DNA of 64,000 nt, taken from Minisyncoccota bacterium (GTDB lineage: Bacteria > Patescibacteriota > Minisyncoccia > Phycocordibacterales > CAJBRS01). Shown here piece after piece: positions 59,439 to 64,000 of this stretch. Under the pieces are notes generated by a model, which was not told the DNA's origin, did no database searches, and saw nothing but the letters and a program-made list of their open reading frames with translations. The stretch covers positions 208,411-272,410 of the forward strand of contig DASRDX010000009.1 in the NCBI GenBank assembly GCA_035652395.1. The letters run 5' to 3'. The translations under genes were made by a program, and so were the position numbers. The first letter of the stretch is position 1; every line of letters starts with the position of its first letter.

Positions 59439-59536
59439 TATCAAATCAAATTCTGGCTCTTTTACAGCAGAAATACTGTTGCCATTTTTGTTCAAAAATC
59501 CTGTCAAAGCGCTAGAAAAAAATTCAGTATTTTTGT

Positions 59537-59564
59537 TAGTCGCGATTACCATATTGTGCGATGT
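59537..59564. other. Second, degenerate dif-like site
   Basis: TAGTCGCGATT-ACCATA-TTGTGCGATGT; same GTCGC-N10-TTGTGCGA spacing as 58065-58092. Confidence 0.5.
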
Positions 59565-59619
59565 TGCCTCTCTCTCATCTGATATAAAAACGAATACCTC
59601 GGGTATTCGTGAATCTGAC

Positions 59620-60291
59620 CTAATGGGCGGCCAGGAATTTTTTTAGCGTTTTCAGATCTCTACCAACAGTCGTAGTAATTCCACCGCACACGTTTGTGGC
59701 CATCACCATGCTGATCACTTCCCCATTTTGATTAAATAATGGTGAACCGGAGTTTCCATGCTCACTCCTAATAGTGAAGAAATCTTGATGATTGAAGTGA
59801 TAAAGAAAATAACCAACTTTCTCTACACACTTTTTATCCATCGGATGAACGATCTGATGAATTGACTCGAAGGAACGCAGGCGGCTAGCTGTCGCGAGTT
59901 GAAGCGGTGGCAGTGGTTTCTTAATCCAAATAAGGGCCAGATCATCTTTTGGATCGGTTTTTACTACTTTACCCATTTGAGTCTCGTTTCTTAGACTGGA
60001 GACAGCACAACTTTTTCTATTGTCTATGCCGTGGAAACAAGTCAAAACAAAATGGCCGTTACCAATTGCGAAACCACTGGAGTTAAGGTTGTTTTGGATA
60101 ACACGTGTAGTCACTCGTGCTAGAAGGCTTCCACTAGAGGTTGATTCCTTTACTCTCTTAGAACTTACTAGCGTTCTCACGAATGTCACAGACTGTGCCA
60201 ACTTGTTGTGAAGTGATGATGGCCACTCCTCTACCGCTTCTGCGAATTGGGTAAAGAAAAATGGAATTAAAATGAACAGGAGCTTTTTCAT
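59620..60291 (-). CDS. Secreted trypsin-like serine protease (S1)
   Basis: Signal peptide; SSGF.I, LTCFH, DDLAL, GNSGSPL triad motifs. Confidence 0.88.
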   Translation of the reverse strand: MKKLLFILIPFFFTQFAEAVEEWPSSLHNKLAQSVTFVRTLVSSKRVKESTSSGSLLARVTTRVIQNNLNSSGFAIGNGHFVLTCFHGIDNRKSCAVSSLRNETQMGKVVKTDPKDDLALIWIKKPLPPLQLATASRLRSFESIHQIVHPMDKKCVEKVGYFLYHFNHQDFFTIRSEHGNSGSPLFNQNGEVISMVMATNVCGGITTTVGRDLKTLKKFLAAH

Positions 60292-60349
60292 GAGTATTCT
60301 GGATTCTGCTCATATTTTAATACTTAGTTTCTTAAAATAAAAGACTACC

Positions 60350-60380
60350 AAAATAAAAAACGCGAACGAGAACGTTCGCG
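60350..60380 (-). terminator. Intrinsic terminator
   Basis: CGCGAACG-AGAA-CGTTCGCG with a minus-strand U-tract. Confidence 0.75.
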
Positions 60381-60914
60381 CTACTTTTTCTTTTCGGGAA
60401 AGGGTTCGGCGATTCTAGCCGGCAACTTCACATTATGAACTCGGAGGTGACCTTGATGAATCTTGAGCTCCGAAAGAAGCTTTTTGAGTTCCAACCGCGC
60501 TTCCCTCTTTTCTTTTCCTTTGAGCAGTTCCGGCGATCTCTCTTGCAGGATCTTCAAAAATCCGATCAGGATTTCGCCTAAGTTGCATATCCTTGGCGGT
60601 AGCCGATTTGCTTCAAGAAAGTAAACAGCCGTTCGAAACTTCGTAATAATTAGCTCCGACGGATTCTCTGGGTCAAAACAGGTGGCGTCCGCCAAAGCTT
60701 GGGCAAGGGCGCATCTGTTTTCCCTCTTGGTCAAGGCCGGAGGAATGGAATTTTGTCCCAGTTTCCCAAGATAAACTTCCAGCCTGTTTGAAATCTCTTC
60801 CGCCGAAAGCGGTTCAGAGAGGGGCTTATAAAGTGTGGCGTCTTTCAGCCGCACAACTTTGCCATTTGTACCGGCGGGCTTTTGAGCCACAAGTGTAGCT
60901 AATGAGCAGTGCAT
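60381..60914 (-). CDS. Hypothetical protein
   Basis: 177-aa ORF with TATACT upstream and a terminator downstream. Confidence 0.6.
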   Translation of the reverse strand: MHCSLATLVAQKPAGTNGKVVRLKDATLYKPLSEPLSAEEISNRLEVYLGKLGQNSIPPALTKRENRCALAQALADATCFDPENPSELIITKFRTAVYFLEANRLPPRICNLGEILIGFLKILQERSPELLKGKEKREARLELKKLLSELKIHQGHLRVHNVKLPARIAEPFPEKKK

Positions 60915-60953
60915 TCTGGCTCATAGTATAGTCAAATCCACTCTGAATACAAG

Positions 60954-61700
60954 CTAGGCTTCAATCGTAGAGAATAGATAAGCACCGACGGCGATGAACA
61001 GAATGCTAAGCACAGCCAGAATGCCAAAGTCAGTCCAGAGATTAAAAGTGGCGGCATGAATTAGTGTTCCCCGCAAGCCATCAATACCGTACGAGAGTGG
61101 ATTAATTCTAGTCAGATATTCAATTATTTTTGGCAAACCGGAAAGTGGAAAGAGAGCGCCGGAGAGAAAGAAAATTGGCATCACCAAGAAGTTCATGATC
61201 AATTGAAACCCTTGCATATCATTTAATCGTGCGGCTATGGCTGTTCCGAGGGCGGTGAAGAGTAAAGCGGTTAGAAACATAAAGACGAAGGCTGGAATAA
61301 GCAGGCTGAAATTAGTCAGACGAAATCCCACCACTACCGAAAGAATTAGAACGACAATTCCCTGCAGGCTGGCAACTGTCGCGCCGCCCAGAGTTCGGCC
61401 GAGCATAATATTGAAACGTGAGACCGGCGCTACCATCGTTTCTTTTAGAAAGCCGAATTGTTTGTCCCAAATAATTTCAATACCGGAAAAGATGGAGGTA
61501 AAAAGAACACTCATGCCGATAACTCCGGGCGTCAAGAATTGGATGTAATTGCCTCCGCCGGCCTTGGCGTAAATCGAGCCAAGGCCGTAACCTAGAGCCA
61601 CTAAATAAAGAATCGGCTGACCAAGTGAGCCTATCACGCGGGACGGCGAGCGAAGATATTTTTTTACTTGTCTTAACCAAAGAATATAAATAGTTCTCAT
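60954..61700 (-). CDS. ABC-2 type exporter permease
   Basis: Y..FL.PG, D..FGFLKE..VAP, P..FLSGA.FP, NPLSY..D. Confidence 0.92.
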   Translation of the reverse strand: MRTIYILWLRQVKKYLRSPSRVIGSLGQPILYLVALGYGLGSIYAKAGGGNYIQFLTPGVIGMSVLFTSIFSGIEIIWDKQFGFLKETMVAPVSRFNIMLGRTLGGATVASLQGIVVLILSVVVGFRLTNFSLLIPAFVFMFLTALLFTALGTAIAARLNDMQGFQLIMNFLVMPIFFLSGALFPLSGLPKIIEYLTRINPLSYGIDGLRGTLIHAATFNLWTDFGILAVLSILFIAVGAYLFSTIEA

Positions 61701-61706
61701 ATATTT

Positions 61707-62507
61707 TTATCTTCGGCCACCCTGCCAAAGTTTGGCCATTTGTTTAAATTCCGACTGGCCTCCTTCTTCCCGAATGGCATGTCCGGTAAGCGATAGGAAG
61801 GCCTCTTCCAGACTTCCCTTCCCCGTCTGCTTTTTTAATTCCTCGGATGACCCTTGGGCGACGATTTTACCATGATCGATCACGGCAATTCGGCCGGCTA
61901 CTTTATCGGCCTCTTCCATGTAATGAGTGGTGACAAAAACAGTAATTCCCTCTTTTTTGTTCAAATCCTGAATGTATGACCACATATGATTGCGAGTTTG
62001 AGGATCCAGTCCGAGGGTTGGCTCATCCAAAAACAGCACCTTCGGGTGATGAAGAAGGCCGCGAGCAATTTCCAGTCGTCTCTTCATGCCACCGGAAAAT
62101 TCACGCACGAAGTCATTGCGACGATCCCAAAGTTCCACCATTTTTAGAAGTTCCTCGGCCCGACTGCGATAGAGGTCGTTTGGCAAATCGTATAGCACCC
62201 CGTGAATATGCATGTTTTCCAAAGCGGTCAGATCGGTGTCCAAACTTGGATCCTGAAAGACGATTCCAAAAGAATGCCGCGCCTGATTTGACTGCTTGGT
62301 AACATCAAAACTGTTCAGACGAATGTTGCCGGAAGTGGGATGAAGCAAGGTCGTAAGCATTTTAATAGTTGTGGTCTTCCCTGCCCCATTTGGACCAAGA
62401 AAAGCAAAAATCTCTCCTTTCTTTACTTCAAAAGAGATGTTGTCGACGGCGACGAAGTCGCCGAATTTTTTGATGAGATTTTTTACCTCAATTATGTTTG
62501 AGTCCAT
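61707..62507 (-). CDS. ABC exporter ATP-binding protein (DrrA-like)
   Basis: GPNGAGKTT, FSGGMKRRLEIA, LDEPT.GLDP, TTHYMEEA. Confidence 0.95.
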   Translation of the reverse strand: MDSNIIEVKNLIKKFGDFVAVDNISFEVKKGEIFAFLGPNGAGKTTTIKMLTTLLHPTSGNIRLNSFDVTKQSNQARHSFGIVFQDPSLDTDLTALENMHIHGVLYDLPNDLYRSRAEELLKMVELWDRRNDFVREFSGGMKRRLEIARGLLHHPKVLFLDEPTLGLDPQTRNHMWSYIQDLNKKEGITVFVTTHYMEEADKVAGRIAVIDHGKIVAQGSSEELKKQTGKGSLEEAFLSLTGHAIREEGGQSEFKQMAKLWQGGRR

Positions 62508-62539
62508 GTTTATGTAAGGACGAGTGATGTCCTTCTTGC

Positions 62540-63118
62540 TTACTTATTGATAGCGACGCTTGAGCTTGCGGCGGATTTGGCCACATTGTCCCAACAGGCG
62601 CTGGAAGAAATCCACGGCTCCGAACCCTGCGAAGTGTAGAGATAACGGGCGTAGGCCATGTTGCCTTTTAAGGTGTAGATATCGAGACCCATCTTTTTCG
62701 AAGTCTGGAGGTGGTATTTTTCGTTAATCTGCATCACTCCGACGTCACTGGTATTAATGGAACCGCGATAAATATTGCCGTTTGAGGCATATTGATGGTA
62801 ATGCGATTCACACTGAGCGATATCGGCCATTAAAGGAATGTCCTTAAAGTAGGCCTTTACTGCCGCTTCCACCTTCTTAGGGCTCACATAAAGGGTTTTT
62901 TCATCCGGCTTTTGAGCTACCTTGGAGCTGGAGGTGGCCAGCAAAAGGGCTACTTTATTGACTGGCTGACCCTTCGTGGCCACAGTTTCTTCAGCATGAA
63001 GAACCGAATAGGTATTCGGTGAAAGATTCGGAGTTTGTGAAATTAGAGCGGCGCTAGTCGGTTTTGGGGTAATTAAGAGGGATACGGCAGTAAATGCTGC
63101 AATAAATAAATGTATTAT
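62540..63118 (-). CDS. Secreted lytic transglycosylase (SLT)-like protein, probable ATA start
   Basis: IAQCES, GVMQIN, N...A..LY...G..PW..S..CW lysozyme-fold motifs. The frame stays open 45 codons upstream of GTG 62983 and encodes a signal peptide. Confidence 0.75.
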   Translation of the reverse strand: MIHLFIAAFTAVSLLITPKPTSAALISQTPNLSPNTYSVLHAEETVATKGQPVNKVALLLATSSSKVAQKPDEKTLYVSPKKVEAAVKAYFKDIPLMADIAQCESHYHQYASNGNIYRGSINTSDVGVMQINEKYHLQTSKKMGLDIYTLKGNMAYARYLYTSQGSEPWISSSACWDNVAKSAASSSVAINK

Positions 63119-63162
63119 AAGCCTTTTTTTAGCTGATAAACTGAAGACTTACCGGGAGAAGA

Positions 63163-63186
63163 AAAAACCAGACATCATGTCTGGTA
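63163..63186 (-). promoter_or_regulatory. Terminator-like hairpin in the 5' leader of the SLT gene
   Basis: Minus strand ACCAGACA-TGA-TGTCTGGT-TTTTT, just downstream of a TTGAAA / TAGTAT-TATATT promoter. Confidence 0.5.
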
Positions 63187-63226
63187 ATCAATATACTAGC
63201 AGATTTGAGGTTTTTTTCAAGGCCGC

Positions 63227-63235
63227 TGTGGATAA
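63227..63235 (-). promoter_or_regulatory. DnaA box
   Basis: TGTGGATAA on + (TTATCCACA on -), 6 nt upstream of TTGAAA. Confidence 0.5.
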
Positions 63236-63332
63236 AAAATAAAGGAAATTTTATATTTCGTGCCTTAAAATAAGCATTTTTTAACTTGGTCCAATTGACA
63301 ATTTACTCTAAAATGTGGTAAAAACAGTTAAG

Positions 63333-63572
63333 ATGAAAGCTCACATGTTCCGAATGTCCGATCTTCCACCCGAAACCAAGGAATACATTGATGTTGAACC
63401 AGAAGACCGATGGATAGTTGAGATTGCGAAACGAATGTCTCGACCCAATTCTATCCTTTATCTTTCTTATGAAGTGGGTAAATCCCCCGTTCACAACATT
63501 CATCGAGTCGAATTCTATTTGGCTCGACCAGGGATCCAAATTCTGCTTTGTTTAGTACCTTGGCGTCCATGA
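63333..63572 (+). CDS. Small hypothetical protein
   Basis: TTGACA promoter at 63295; ATG 63333 preferred over GTG 63315. Confidence 0.5.
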   Translation: MKAHMFRMSDLPPETKEYIDVEPEDRWIVEIAKRMSRPNSILYLSYEVGKSPVHNIHRVEFYLARPGIQILLCLVPWRP

Positions 63573-63581
63573 GGACGCATT

Positions 63582-64000
63582 TTATTTAATCCAAGGTATA
63601 GAATACTGGGCAAATTCTTCTAGCAAATTTTTGTCATAAAGAAGTCGACTGAGAGCTTCCGCTTCCCATTTGGCACCTCCAAGAGGTGTGCGATGAGGTT
63701 TAGGTTCTGCTGGAATGCCGACATATTGGCAGACAGCATCTGAGTTCAAAGATGAATGGTGGTTTTGGAGTGGAGGAATAATTCCTTTTTTGATCATATG
63801 TGCGAGGCAGACAGAATGTACATCAATAATTCGTTGAGCAAAGGGCCAATTTAAATGGTAGCGCATTGCCGCCTGACGCAAACACTCATAATCGAAGAAG
63901 ACGTTTTGACCGGCAAAAGTGAAATCAGGTAGTATGCTGGCCCAGTTTATGAAATCTTTAAGAATCTCTTCCTCACTCTTTTTAGTCGGATCATTAATTT
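63582..64000 (-). CDS. Partial DEDDh-type 3'-5' exonuclease family protein (5' end outside the window)
   Basis: Frame is open to the window edge: ...FAGQNVFFDY..L...RIID.HS...L......VG...EP.PH...GA..EAE. Confidence 0.7.
   Translation of the reverse strand, partial: INDPTKKSEEEILKDFINWASILPDFTFAGQNVFFDYECLRQAAMRYHLNWPFAQRIIDVHSVCLAHMIKKGIIPPLQNHHSSLNSDAVCQYVGIPAEPKPHRTPLGGAKWEAEALSRLLYDKNLLEEFAQYSIPWIK

Larger units (their letters stand above)
58065..59564. mobile_element. Candidate dif-flanked module (membrane protein plus Doc toxin-antitoxin)
   Basis: Two directly oriented dif-like sites sharing 17/28 nt, including 11 contiguous (ATATTGTGCGA), bracket three minus-strand genes. Confidence 0.5.

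Noticed and set aside
59431-59646. 71-aa + strand ORF
   Set aside because: It overlaps the operator, the dif-like site and the protease 3' end, and shows no protein-like features.
60361-60380. GAAC...GTTC palindrome as a second SOS box
   Set aside because: Spacing is N6 rather than N4, it lies at a gene 3' end, and the adjacent U-tract fits an intrinsic terminator.

Overview
A 64 kb chromosomal segment from a small-genome bacterium. Gene content and order strongly suggest Patescibacteria/CPR (Parcubacteria-like); this is an inference from the compact housekeeping operons, the sigma-r4/HTH protein, the FtsA-like plus baseplate-J-like pair and the shortened aminoacyl-tRNA synthetases. Core content: leuS, mltG, mnmA, alaS, infA-rpmJ-rpsM-rpsK-rpsD-rpoA-rplQ-rplM-rpsI, grpE-dnaK-dnaJ, trpS, aspS, scpAB, mraY-ftsW-murG, gltX, asnB, lexA and rarA. 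No rRNA, tRNA, CRISPR array or transposase was recognised. Most notable observations: (1) a 120-aa ORF directly upstream of dnaK ends in RGP, and its last codons form the 5' arm of a 16/17-bp stem-loop that covers the dnaK initiation region, an architecture like secM-secA that suggests a chaperone-sensing ribosome-arrest leader; (2) gene orientation flips from + to - at about 58.05 kb, exactly at a palindromic 28-bp dif-like site, and a second degenerate copy brackets a small Doc-type toxin-antitoxin module; (3) an island encoding an acyl-adenylate ligase, a TrmB regulator, an Acg-type nitroreductase, an Rv1355c-type ThiF protein and a 7TM histidine kinase, a candidate small-molecule synthesis-and-sensing system; (4) a nuclease cluster that may be defensive; (5) widespread leaderless-type promoters, a GAAC-N4-GTTC operator upstream of lexA, and a probable ATA start codon. 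All calls come from reading motifs by eye; no database search or computation was run.
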